Shown in pieces: positions 55,354-64,000 of a stretch of 64,000 nt of DNA (position 1 is its first letter; each line of letters opens with the position of its first letter). Location: positions 5,418 through 69,417 of the forward strand of contig JAIWAR010000002.1 of the NCBI GenBank assembly GCA_048634245.1, in the 5' to 3' direction. The notes under the pieces are model-generated. The model was not told where the DNA came from. It was given only the letters and a program-made list of their open reading frames with translations, and did no database searches. The DNA comes from Methanosarcinales archaeon. GTDB lineage: Bacteria > Omnitrophota > Gorgyraeia > Duberdicusellales > 4484-171. The position numbers were made by a program, and so were the translations under genes.

Positions 55354-57354
55354 TCACTCGGTGAGTTTTTGGAAATCCTTTTCATGAATAATAGTCACTC
55401 CTAATTTTTTAGCCTTGCTGTATTTTGAACCGGGATTCTTCCCCGCTACCAAAAAATCTGTGTTTTTACTAACTGCCGCCATGGGCCTGCCGCCTAAGGC
55501 CTCTACAATACTTTTAGCCTGAAAACGAGAAAAAGAAGCCAACTCACCGGTAAAGACAAAACTTTTTCCCGCTATCTTGCTCTTTTTGACTACCCTTTTA
55601 TTCTGCCTTAAATTAACCCCTATTTTTTTGAAACTCTTAATCATCTTCCTGGTGCTTTTGGATGAAAAAAACTTCACGATTGATAAAGCCATAACCGGGC
55701 CTATTTCAGGAATCTCCTCCAAATCAGTTTTTTTTAACCTAAGAAGATGATCAATACTGCCAAAATGCTCAGCCAATAACATAGCCGCTTTCTCACCCAC
55801 ATGTTTTATCCCCAATCCAAAGAGAAAACGTGAAAAAGGCCGCTTTTTACTCTCTTCGATTGCGCTCACTAAATTGCTTGCCCGTTTCTCCTTAAAAAGA
55901 GGGAGCTTAAGAAAATCATCTTTTTTCAAATGATACACATCGACCAGGCTTATAACCAACTTACGATTAGCCAGCTCCTCCACCAAACTTTCGCCCATTC
56001 CTTCAATATCCATTGCCCCACGATGAGCAAAATGAATAAGTGAACGTTTAAGTTGAGCCGGACAATCAAGGTTAAGGCAATACCAATAAACCTCCCCGGC
56101 CTCTTTAGCCACATTACCGCCGCACTCCGGACAATGCTTAGGCACCTTGGCCTCTTTTTCTTTACCGCAGCGTTTAGATGTTATTACTTTTACTACTTTG
56201 GGAATTACCTCACCAGCCCTCTCAATTAAAACCGTATCCCCCTCTCTTACATCAAGCCGCTTTAATTCATCAAAATTATGCAGCGTGGTTCGGGATATTG
56301 TAACTCCCCCGCACACGACCGGCTCTAATACCGCTACTGGAGTAATAATCCCTGTCCGGCCTACCCCAAACTCAATCTTTTTTATCTTAGTCGTTGCCTG
56401 ATGAGCCGGAAATTTATAAGCAACGGCCCAACGCGGACTCTTACGGGTCGCTCCCAGCTCTTTCTGCAAACTAAAAGAGTTAACTTTTACCACTACGCCA
56501 TCAACTTCATAATCTAGGGTTTCGCGCCTCTGTTCCCAGTAAAGACAATAATCAATAACTTCTTTTAAGTTTTTACAATATTTATTATACGGATTAAGGC
56601 AAAACCCCCAACCACCCGCCTTAGTTAAAAATTCCTTCTGAGAAGAAAAGCTATAAGCAGGGATACTTCCGAAGGAATGAACAAAACATTTTAAATTCCG
56701 CCTAGCCGTTAAAGAAGGGTCAAGCAACTTCAAAGAACCGCTAGCGGCATTCCGGGGATTAGCAAAAGGGGCCTCTCCCGTATTAAGCCTTTTTTTGTTT
56801 ATTTTCCCAAAATCCTTCTTACCTAAATATATCTCTCCTCTGACCTCGATTAATTTAGGTATTTCCTTACTCATTAGCTTAAGCGGTATCGTCTTAATAG
56901 TTTTTAAGTTAGCAGTAACATCTTCGCCTCTCTCCCCGTCCCCCCGGGTAGCACCTACCAAAAACCTTCCATCCTCATAGGTTAAGGCTGCACTCACTCC
57001 GTCCATCTTTAATTCCACAACATAAGTCAGCCTAACATCATTCTTTAATGTCCGCTTAATCTTTTTCTCCCAGCTTTTTAGCTCCTCAACAGAATAAGTA
57101 TTATCTAAAGACAACATCCTTTTTTTATGTTCTATAGTGGGAAAACTCTCCAAGAGCCCACCCCAAACCCGCTGGGTAGGAGACTCAGGATTAATAAACT
57201 GAGGATGCTTCTTCTCCAAGTCCTTTAAACTCTTAAAAAGAACATCATACTCTTTATCGGAGATTTCCGGCTCACTTAATGCATAGTAACAGTAATCAGC
57301 ATGACGAATCTTTTCTTTTAATTCTTCTATCTCTTTTTTTGCTTTTTCCTTCAT
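55354..57354 (-). CDS. ligA: NAD-dependent DNA ligase
   Basis: 'ELKMDG', 'TRGDG', 'NPRNAASGS', zinc finger, BRCT. Confidence 0.97.
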   Translation of the reverse strand: MKEKAKKEIEELKEKIRHADYCYYALSEPEISDKEYDVLFKSLKDLEKKHPQFINPESPTQRVWGGLLESFPTIEHKKRMLSLDNTYSVEELKSWEKKIKRTLKNDVRLTYVVELKMDGVSAALTYEDGRFLVGATRGDGERGEDVTANLKTIKTIPLKLMSKEIPKLIEVRGEIYLGKKDFGKINKKRLNTGEAPFANPRNAASGSLKLLDPSLTARRNLKCFVHSFGSIPAYSFSSQKEFLTKAGGWGFCLNPYNKYCKNLKEVIDYCLYWEQRRETLDYEVDGVVVKVNSFSLQKELGATRKSPRWAVAYKFPAHQATTKIKKIEFGVGRTGIITPVAVLEPVVCGGVTISRTTLHNFDELKRLDVREGDTVLIERAGEVIPKVVKVITSKRCGKEKEAKVPKHCPECGGNVAKEAGEVYWYCLNLDCPAQLKRSLIHFAHRGAMDIEGMGESLVEELANRKLVISLVDVYHLKKDDFLKLPLFKEKRASNLVSAIEESKKRPFSRFLFGLGIKHVGEKAAMLLAEHFGSIDHLLRLKKTDLEEIPEIGPVMALSIVKFFSSKSTRKMIKSFKKIGVNLRQNKRVVKKSKIAGKSFVFTGELASFSRFQAKSIVEALGGRPMAAVSKNTDFLVAGKNPGSKYSKAKKLGVTIIHEKDFQKLTE

Positions 57355-57387
57355 CTTTTTCCCAAATCATTACCCTTCATAAAACGC

Positions 57388-57669
57388 TTAATAAGAGTCA
57401 AATTTTATCTGAAAACTATTGCAATCTTCCGATGGCTCTTTCTCCTGAAGCTGAAAATCAGCAATGTACTTCTTAAAACTCTTCCTCAAGTCATAAAGGA
57501 ACCTATCTAAATCTTTTTGTGAACCTTGAGCTACCAGTTTAACTCTACCATCGGAAAGATTCATTACCCAGCCTTTTATTCTATGCTTATCAGCTAAGTA
57601 TCTGGCGGTAAATCGGAACCCTACTCCCTGGACCATCCCTGAAAAAAAAGCTTCAATACCCTTATCCAT
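57388..57669 (-). CDS. acyP: Acylphosphatase
   Basis: 'GMVQGVGFR', 'GWVMNLSDGRV'. Confidence 0.92.
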   Translation of the reverse strand: MDKGIEAFFSGMVQGVGFRFTARYLADKHRIKGWVMNLSDGRVKLVAQGSQKDLDRFLYDLRKSFKKYIADFQLQEKEPSEDCNSFQIKFDSY

Positions 57670-57686
57670 CTTTAGAAAAACAGGCT

Positions 57687-58625
57687 TTATTTATCGGAAG
57701 AAAAAAGTTCCCCGGCCTTAACCCGGTATCCACAGACAAAAGACCAGGCAGACATCTCACTCTTGCCTTGAGGTTTTAGCTTCTTAATTTTGAGAGCTCC
57801 TTTACCTGCGGCAACCTGAATCCCCTCTTTATCAATATCTATAATTGTCCCCGGAAGAAAAGAAGCTTCTCTATCCACTATATCAGCAACCAGTATTTTA
57901 ACTGTTGCTCCCCGATAATAAGTGTAAGCGGAAGGCCAATCTACTGTTGCCCGAATTAAATTTCTTATATCCTGCGCCTTGTTACTCCAAAGTATTCTAC
58001 CACTCTCCTTATTAAGTTTATAAGTCAAAGTCGCTAAATTTTCATCTTGAGGAGCTAGAAAATAATCTTTCGCTTTTATCTTATCAACAGTTTCAATTAA
58101 TAATAAAGCTCCTTTCCTGGCTAATCTTTGGCTAAGAGAAAAAAAATCATCTTCATAGCCGACTGTTAACTCTTTTTGCGAAATTATATCTCCGGCATCG
58201 ACTTTTTGATTCATCTTAAAAACAGTAACTCCACTTTTCTTTTCACCGTTCATCAAAACCGCTTCTATAGGTGCCGGACCCCGATAACGGGGAAGCAGCG
58301 AAGGATGAAAACAAAGAGGAAAAATCTTAGGTATGACTAAAAGATTTTTGGGAATTATTTCCCCGTAATCAGCAACAATAAAAAAATCGGCCCTCTCTTT
58401 ACTTAAAGTCCTTCCAACATCGCTACCATTTAACGATACCGGTTTTATAAGATGAATATTTTTATCTTGGGCAAATTGGCTCACTTCAGTCGGTAAAAGC
58501 TTTAACCCTCTTCCCTTAGGCTTATCAGGTTTACTGACTATAAGAGCCGGTACATACCCTTGAGCGTAAAGCTCTCTTAGAATGATTTGAGAGAACCAAG
58601 AACTGCCAAAATAAATAAACTTCAT
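57687..58625 (-). CDS. fmt: Methionyl-tRNA formyltransferase
   Basis: 'PDKPKGRG', 'HPSLLPRYRGPAP', 'DAGDI'. Confidence 0.93.
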   Translation of the reverse strand: MKFIYFGSSWFSQIILRELYAQGYVPALIVSKPDKPKGRGLKLLPTEVSQFAQDKNIHLIKPVSLNGSDVGRTLSKERADFFIVADYGEIIPKNLLVIPKIFPLCFHPSLLPRYRGPAPIEAVLMNGEKKSGVTVFKMNQKVDAGDIISQKELTVGYEDDFFSLSQRLARKGALLLIETVDKIKAKDYFLAPQDENLATLTYKLNKESGRILWSNKAQDIRNLIRATVDWPSAYTYYRGATVKILVADIVDREASFLPGTIIDIDKEGIQVAAGKGALKIKKLKPQGKSEMSAWSFVCGYRVKAGELFSSDK

Positions 58626-60409
58626 CGTAAACTCACCGCTAATTGAACAGAAGAACTACGAAAACCTTTGATTCCTTCTCTGATCAATTCTCTTGATAAA
58701 AAATCCTTCTTGATTTTAAGTATAATTGAATAACGGAATTTGTTCCGCAACTTGAAAGGTTTTTCTTCAAAGGGGCCATAGACCTCTTTAAACTTTTGCT
58801 CTAACTTATTATATAAACCCTTTGTTCTTTTTAAAAGAACTTTTTCATTCTTCGCGCGCAAGGTGATCTTAGCAATAAGCCCAAAAGGCGGAAAGTGTGA
58901 CTTTTCCCTGAATTGAAGTTCTGATTCATAAAAATCCTTCCAATTCTCGTTCAAATGCTTAAAAAGATAGTAGTCTTTATGACGGGTAAATACATAAAGA
59001 GACTCCTTAAACAGAGTAAGAAGTTTCTTCAGGTATAAAAAGGTTTTGAAGGTCGCCTCGTAGTCTGTACGATTTAAGAAAAGATCGACATCAAGAACAA
59101 ACCCTTTATCAAACTTTTGAGGTTCAAAAAGATAGCTTAAAACCTTAGAGGTGGAGAGTGTAATTTGGGCATCGCCGGAAGAATCTAGAGAATTATTGAT
59201 TTTAACTTCGGGAAATATCTTTTTTAGAATACTGCCCAACCTCTGGACACCATAACCTTTACTTTTCAAATAACCGCTATTGCAATGGTTACACACCCGG
59301 GGTAAAGACACTCTTCTTTGACAATAAGGACATACCCCTTCATCTTTTTTTAGAGACGAGACCAAAAGGCTCGAACAATGTTCACACTTAAACACATGCC
59401 CACAACTAGAACAAGCTATGCGCGCAAATCCTTTTCGGTTCCACAAAATAAGAGCCTTTTTATTATCTTGGATAGCCTTTCTTAAAAGCTCGGTTAGGAT
59501 TGGGCCAATAATCTTATTTTTGCTAAACTCAAGCGTACTAATCACCTCTATGCCCCTGACGCCGGCGTCTTTATCAAGCAATTTTACTCTCTCTTCTTTT
59601 ATGCGCTGATAAATATCTAAGGATGGGTAATCCCCGCTTAGAACCAAATCAACACCCTTAACCTGAGATAAAATATCAGCTACATCCGGAAGGTTATAAT
59701 ACGGTTTTTCTTCTTGAAAGTAGTACGGGCTATTTTCCTCCTCGACTACAATCAGCCTTAGATCAGAGGGATAATAAAAAATAGCCACCCGGGTTCCTAA
59801 AATCAATGATTTTTTTCTTGTTTCCCTCCAGTTAGAAAAAAGCTCTTTTTCCTTTTTCTGACTATGAATCACTTTAACTTGAGCTGGAAAATCTTTCTCG
59901 ATAATTTTTCTTGCAAATTCGAGGTAGGTTAGCTGGGGAAAGCAGATAAGAACAGAACCCTCCTTTAATTTCTTCTTAACTATATCTTTCCATAACCGGT
60001 ACCGCTCTAAAAAAATATCGGCCTTAATGAAACTAACCTCAGGAGTGTCTTTTATTTCGTTTTTATTCTTATTAATTTCCAGATCCGATTTATTTATTTT
60101 CCTCAAGTAAGGTGGTATCATCATAAACAAAAACTCACCCCTTGCATAAGGGTAAAATCTGCTTAATGTTTTTGCAAGCCGCAAGTGTTCCGCATCTAAT
60201 AGGGTTTGTGAATCAAGGACATCGATTATTGGCTTTATTTTCTGTAGATGCGATTTACTCGCAACACCAACAACAATACCCATTCGCTTCTTACGGTTAA
60301 AATCCACCAAAACCCTCATCCCGCATTTTACGGCTAACTGCGTTGGATAAGAATAGTCAAATTCCTTATCCAAAGACATCTGCACTACGACCTTTGCTAT
60401 TTTAAGCAT
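58622..60409 (-). CDS. priA: Primosomal protein N' (degenerate helicase motifs)
   Basis: N-terminal 'FDY...GMRVLV', 'NRKGF', four CxxC, 'PPF' C-terminal domain; next to fmt. Confidence 0.8.
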   Translation of the reverse strand: MLKIAKVVVQMSLDKEFDYSYPTQLAVKCGMRVLVDFNRKKRMGIVVGVASKSHLQKIKPIIDVLDSQTLLDAEHLRLAKTLSRFYPYARGEFLFMMIPPYLRKINKSDLEINKNKNEIKDTPEVSFIKADIFLERYRLWKDIVKKKLKEGSVLICFPQLTYLEFARKIIEKDFPAQVKVIHSQKKEKELFSNWRETRKKSLILGTRVAIFYYPSDLRLIVVEEENSPYYFQEEKPYYNLPDVADILSQVKGVDLVLSGDYPSLDIYQRIKEERVKLLDKDAGVRGIEVISTLEFSKNKIIGPILTELLRKAIQDNKKALILWNRKGFARIACSSCGHVFKCEHCSSLLVSSLKKDEGVCPYCQRRVSLPRVCNHCNSGYLKSKGYGVQRLGSILKKIFPEVKINNSLDSSGDAQITLSTSKVLSYLFEPQKFDKGFVLDVDLFLNRTDYEATFKTFLYLKKLLTLFKESLYVFTRHKDYYLFKHLNENWKDFYESELQFREKSHFPPFGLIAKITLRAKNEKVLLKRTKGLYNKLEQKFKEVYGPFEEKPFKLRNKFRYSIILKIKKDFLSRELIREGIKGFRSSSVQLAVSLR

Positions 60410-61460
60410 TGCTCCATTTCTCGATTAAATCCGACAAAGGCTTACCTATGTCTTTAACTCTTAAAGGGTAATTATCTCTTAACCAATTGACTTTCGAGCT
60501 GTAATAATAGACCGCTTCTATCAGCTCTTTCTGCCCCCGGACTAATTTAGCTATATCATGCTTAATTAATACCTCCATATTTTCCTCTTCCTGACCAGGA
60601 ATGTAGTGAGTAAAAATAAAAGGTTTCCTCATGTAAAGGCCTTCAAAAACAGTCATCCCTCCGGGTTTAGCAATAATAATAGAGCTTGCCAGAAAAAGCT
60701 CCCAAATCTCATCATAAAAAGAAAAAAAACGGATATAAGAAGAGTTTAGGCCTCCTAAATACCTCTTTAGCCGCTTATTCTTGCCGTAGATAAGAAAAAT
60801 GTTAAAATCCTTCGAAAGAATCCGGATCGACTTTTTTAAATAAGAAAACTTTCCCCTTAACGATGAAACAAAAATTAATGCCGGCCTTAAATCCAAGGCA
60901 AACTTTTTACGTACTGACTCCGGAGAAATACCCTTTAAAAACCCCTCCCTTAAAGGAACATAGCCAGCAGTAATCTTGTCGCTCACGACCCCTAAGTTAA
61001 TCAAATCCTTTTTCGTTACCTCAAGGGCGGCAAAATAGTGATCAATGCAATCTGAAACCCATAAAGAATGAACTCTCAAATCAGTAATAACAGAAATTAC
61101 TTTAAAATTTAATTCGCCTTTTATATCCGCAATCAGGCTGGAGGGAAAAAAGTGAGTGACGATTATTATTTCGGGACGGGTATCTTTCAAGTATTTTAAA
61201 AATGAGGCGAATATCTTCCGGTTGATTTTATCTACCCAAGAAGAAAAAAAATTTTTCTTGGTATAAAAAAATAGCCCCTTCCAAATCCCGGGAAAATACT
61301 GCGCTACGGCTAAATAACCTGAAGAATAAATCTTTCTTAGTATGGGGTGAGTAAAATTTAGAAGGTCGCAAAAACAAGCTCCCGGTAAATATTTTAGAGC
61401 CTGAGCCCCTCTTTTGTGCCCTTCCCCAAAACTGGCGTAGACGATTAAAATCTTAGCCAT
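60402..61460 (-). CDS. MGDG synthase/UgtP-like glycosyltransferase
   Basis: 'ASFGEGH', 'VTHF', 'VITD', 'KPGGMT', 'IPGQEEEN'; start at MAKIL (61460). Confidence 0.85.
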   Translation of the reverse strand: MAKILIVYASFGEGHKRGAQALKYLPGACFCDLLNFTHPILRKIYSSGYLAVAQYFPGIWKGLFFYTKKNFFSSWVDKINRKIFASFLKYLKDTRPEIIIVTHFFPSSLIADIKGELNFKVISVITDLRVHSLWVSDCIDHYFAALEVTKKDLINLGVVSDKITAGYVPLREGFLKGISPESVRKKFALDLRPALIFVSSLRGKFSYLKKSIRILSKDFNIFLIYGKNKRLKRYLGGLNSSYIRFFSFYDEIWELFLASSIIIAKPGGMTVFEGLYMRKPFIFTHYIPGQEEENMEVLIKHDIAKLVRGQKELIEAVYYYSSKVNWLRDNYPLRVKDIGKPLSDLIEKWSNA

Positions 61461-62001
61461 AATGAATACATAGATACTCCGCCGCTGCCTGTAAATTATC
61501 AAATATATAATCCGGCTCAAATTCCCATTGACTACGGTTAGATATTTTTTCCTTGCCTGTGAGAACAAGTATTGACTTTGCCCCAAAGCAACTTGCGGCT
61601 TTCATATCCAAAAAAGAGTCACCGATAAAAAAAGACATCCGGGGAGTAACACCTAAAGCTGAAACTGCCCGCCTTAAGAGCCCTGTTTTGGGTTTCCGGC
61701 AATCACAATTATCGGTAGCAAGATGAGTACAATAATAAATACCTTCAACTTGAGCCCCTTGCTTCTCAAACCCCTTTAACATCCCCTCATCTATCCGGTC
61801 TAAATCCGCTTGAGTATACTGCCCCTTAGCCACACCGGCCTGATTAGAGATAATACATAGCTTAAATCCATAAGCATTAAGCTTTTTTATCCCTTCAACG
61901 CTTCCGGGAATAAAGCTAAATTCACTCCAATTATTAACATAATTGGTATCCCCGGGATATTCATTGATTACACCATCTCGATCAAGAAAAACTACCTGCA
62001 T
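61453..62001 (-). CDS. gmhB: D-glycero-D-manno-heptose 1,7-bisphosphate phosphatase-like HAD
   Basis: 'FLDRDGVIN', 'SNQAG', 'CTH...CDCRKP', 'IGD'. Confidence 0.85.
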   Translation of the reverse strand: MQVVFLDRDGVINEYPGDTNYVNNWSEFSFIPGSVEGIKKLNAYGFKLCIISNQAGVAKGQYTQADLDRIDEGMLKGFEKQGAQVEGIYYCTHLATDNCDCRKPKTGLLRRAVSALGVTPRMSFFIGDSFLDMKAASCFGAKSILVLTGKEKISNRSQWEFEPDYIFDNLQAAAEYLCIHYG

Positions 62002-62035
62002 TACTCATCCTTTTACCTATGCTAACATCAAATCC

Positions 62036-62767
62036 TTAGTTTTTAAAGAAGGAATATATTTTATTTCTCTCTATCAGTTTATACCTACCCGGGGGCAAAT
62101 TCCCCAAAATTAATCGTCCTACCCTGATTCTTTTTATTTCCCGTACCGGAAAACCCAACTCCCCAAATAACCTTCTTAAATGCCTATTCTTACCCTCGGT
62201 TACCACCACCCTGCACAAAGTCACATTCTCTTTTTCCTTTAATACTTTAATACTCTTTACTTTTAGATATTCACCCTTTATCCTACAACCTTTTTTAGCC
62301 CTCTGGCAATCCCGCAAACTTAACCCTCCTTTAAGTTCAACCAAATACTCTTTTTCCACCGAAAATTTAGGGTGAGTCAGCCGATAACAAAAATCTCCGT
62401 CATTAGTGAGGATAAGCAACCCGCAAGACTGTTTATCCAGCCTTCCTACAGGATAAATTCCCATTCCGCCAGAGGCGGATTCGCTTCGGGCGAAAAATCT
62501 TTTAGGAAAAAAATCGATTACCTTCTTAAGAGCAAACTTATCACTAAGGGTGGTAGTTACCCCCTTAGGTTTATTAAATAGAATATAGGTGTGTTTTTTT
62601 AAATTTAAAAATTCCCCGTCAGCTTTGACCTCGTCTTTATCCGTAACTTTTAAAAATGGCTCAAAAACTTTTTGGCCGTTTACCTCTATCTTACCCTTTT
62701 CAATAAGACAATCAGCTCCTCTTCTTGAGGCATAACCGCTCTTAGCAATAAAAAGATTGAGACGCAT
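62036..62767 (-). CDS. rRNA pseudouridine synthase (RsuA/RluB family)
   Basis: S4 domain 'SRRGAD', 'NKPKG', 'VGRLD', 'EGKNR'. Confidence 0.92.
   Translation of the reverse strand: MRLNLFIAKSGYASRRGADCLIEKGKIEVNGQKVFEPFLKVTDKDEVKADGEFLNLKKHTYILFNKPKGVTTTLSDKFALKKVIDFFPKRFFARSESASGGMGIYPVGRLDKQSCGLLILTNDGDFCYRLTHPKFSVEKEYLVELKGGLSLRDCQRAKKGCRIKGEYLKVKSIKVLKEKENVTLCRVVVTEGKNRHLRRLFGELGFPVREIKRIRVGRLILGNLPPGRYKLIERNKIYSFFKN
62465..62494. repeat. Double-hairpin repeat inserted in frame (encodes FARSESASGG)
   Basis: TCCGCC-AGA-GGCGGA followed by TTCGCT-TCG-GGCGAA. Confidence 0.7.
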
Positions 62768-62782
62768 GGCTTTTTTTGTTAT

Positions 62783-64000
62783 TCACCTAGTAATAGAGGC
62801 GAAAACTTTATCTCCCTTTATACCCTCTATTGTCACTGAACTGATTTGGCCCAAGGGAATTTTCTCATTTACCCAAACCTTGATGTAATTTTCAGTGTAG
62901 CCGGATACAAAACCATTGTTTTCAACTTCTGCTACCATATTAAGAGTTTTTCCTAAAAATTTATTTTTATAGCTATCTGAAAACTCATCCGCTAACTTTT
63001 TTAAAAAATCATACCTTTGGCGAATTAGCTTAGGGTTCTTTGGGCTCGCTTTTGAAAGTTGAGTCTTCTCCCGGGGAGAAAAAGTAAAAATATGCATCCT
63101 CATCGGCTTGATTGCCCTTAAAAAATTTACGGTATTCTGAAAACTTTCTTCACTCTCTGTGGGAAAACCAACCATAATATCGCAGCTTATAGCAACATCC
63201 GGACTAACCCTTCTTGCTTGAGAAACCTTATCCAGGTATAAAGCAACCGTCTCTTTTTTGTTCATCTCGCCCAGTATACGATCGTCTCCATACTGAAAAG
63301 GAAAGTGAAAGTGCGGACATAGTTTATTGTGCGTAAGAAGAGAAATTAATCCTTCATCCACAAAAAACGGCTCTAGAGAACTCAGCCTCAGCCTTCCTAA
63401 AGATGGCATAGCCAAAAGATCCCTTATCAAGCCCTCTAAAGTAAACTTGGGAGTTAAGTCCTTCCCCCAAAGGCTTAGATTTACTCCACAAAGCACAATT
63501 TCTCTGTGCCAAAGGCAAACTTTTCTAACCTCATCTATTGCCTCTTCTTTAGCCTTACTGCGAGATGGCCCCCTAAGATAAGGAATTTTGCAAAAAGAGC
63601 AAAAATTATCACACCCGTCCTGAACTTTAACAAAAGCCCGGCGATTAGAGAAGCGGGTTATTTTGAAAGCTTTCTTTTCTTCATGATCCTCTATTGTTTC
63701 CGCCTTAGGCGACGGGCCGAGAACGATATCAGGTAAAAGATGTTTTTGATCCTGGGAAATAATATAATCGGCCCCGATTTGAGCAATAAAATCTTTATTT
63801 AGCTGCGCAAGGCACCCACACACTGCGATTTTAGCCCGGGGGCTCTCCTTCTTTGCCCGCAGGATCGCGTCTTTAGACTTGCTATCAGCCCGAGAAGTGA
63901 CTGTGCAGGTATTAATTACATAAAGGTCAGCCTTTTTGTCGGTTACTCTGTGCCCTAAAGCGGAAAATTTTTCTTTAAGGCTTTGTGTTTCGTATTGATT
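62783..64000 (-). CDS. mtaB: tRNA t6A methylthiotransferase MtaB (5' end outside the window)
   Basis: Frame open to the window edge: 'NQYETQ...INTCTVT...VCGC'; 'KVQDGCDNFCSFC'; 'LCPHFH'. Confidence 0.9.
   Translation of the reverse strand, partial: NQYETQSLKEKFSALGHRVTDKKADLYVINTCTVTSRADSKSKDAILRAKKESPRAKIAVCGCLAQLNKDFIAQIGADYIISQDQKHLLPDIVLGPSPKAETIEDHEEKKAFKITRFSNRRAFVKVQDGCDNFCSFCKIPYLRGPSRSKAKEEAIDEVRKVCLWHREIVLCGVNLSLWGKDLTPKFTLEGLIRDLLAMPSLGRLRLSSLEPFFVDEGLISLLTHNKLCPHFHFPFQYGDDRILGEMNKKETVALYLDKVSQARRVSPDVAISCDIMVGFPTESEESFQNTVNFLRAIKPMRMHIFTFSPREKTQLSKASPKNPKLIRQRYDFLKKLADEFSDSYKNKFLGKTLNMVAEVENNGFVSGYTENYIKVWVNEKIPLGQISSVTIEGIKGDKVFASITR

Noticed and set aside
61461-61586. N-terminal extension of the glycosyltransferase ORF
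   Set aside because: Overlaps gmhB; family similarity starts at MAKIL (61460).
995-63736. Many 60-140 aa ORFs antisense to or nested in long genes
   Set aside because: Shadow ORFs of well-supported genes, with no motifs or translation signals.

Overview
A 64 kb window of an AT-rich anaerobic bacterial chromosome. Gene content and repeat style suggest Candidatus Omnitrophota, which is an inference. Nearly all genes lie on the minus strand. The region 1 to ~10.6 kb is an accessory/defence region encoding a DUF2075-type nuclease-helicase with a C-terminal S24 domain plus a MazG-like gene, an XRE regulator, a NYN RNase, an AbiE type IV toxin-antitoxin pair, a PLD-wHTH protein, TrmO, a GIY-YIG nuclease and membrane proteins. 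The region ~10.6-64 kb is mostly housekeeping: oxidative stress, gltA/mdh, isoprenoid synthesis, EF-G, an RND efflux operon, an AmmeMemoRadiSam locus, tRNA thiolation/Fe-S, glycine cleavage/lipoate, CoA, ligA, fmt, priA and mtaB (cut by the window edge). Four non-coding signals stand out. (1) A ~22-27 bp motif, consensus AATTAAGT-N3/4-TGTCCCCGGAAYT, recurs at seven sites at gene boundaries between 2.8 and 10 kb. The copies point outward from a central core, carry tandem 'scar' echoes, and two end a duplicated 95-bp promoter module, which looks like a non-integron gene-cassette array. (2) A promoter-driven small RNA with two GAAA hairpins lies antisense to the NYN gene's 3' end. (3) A perfect 28-bp inverted repeat is built on a promoter. 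(4) A 12-codon copy of a MiaB-type N-terminus feeds trmO. No rRNA, tRNA or CRISPR array was seen.
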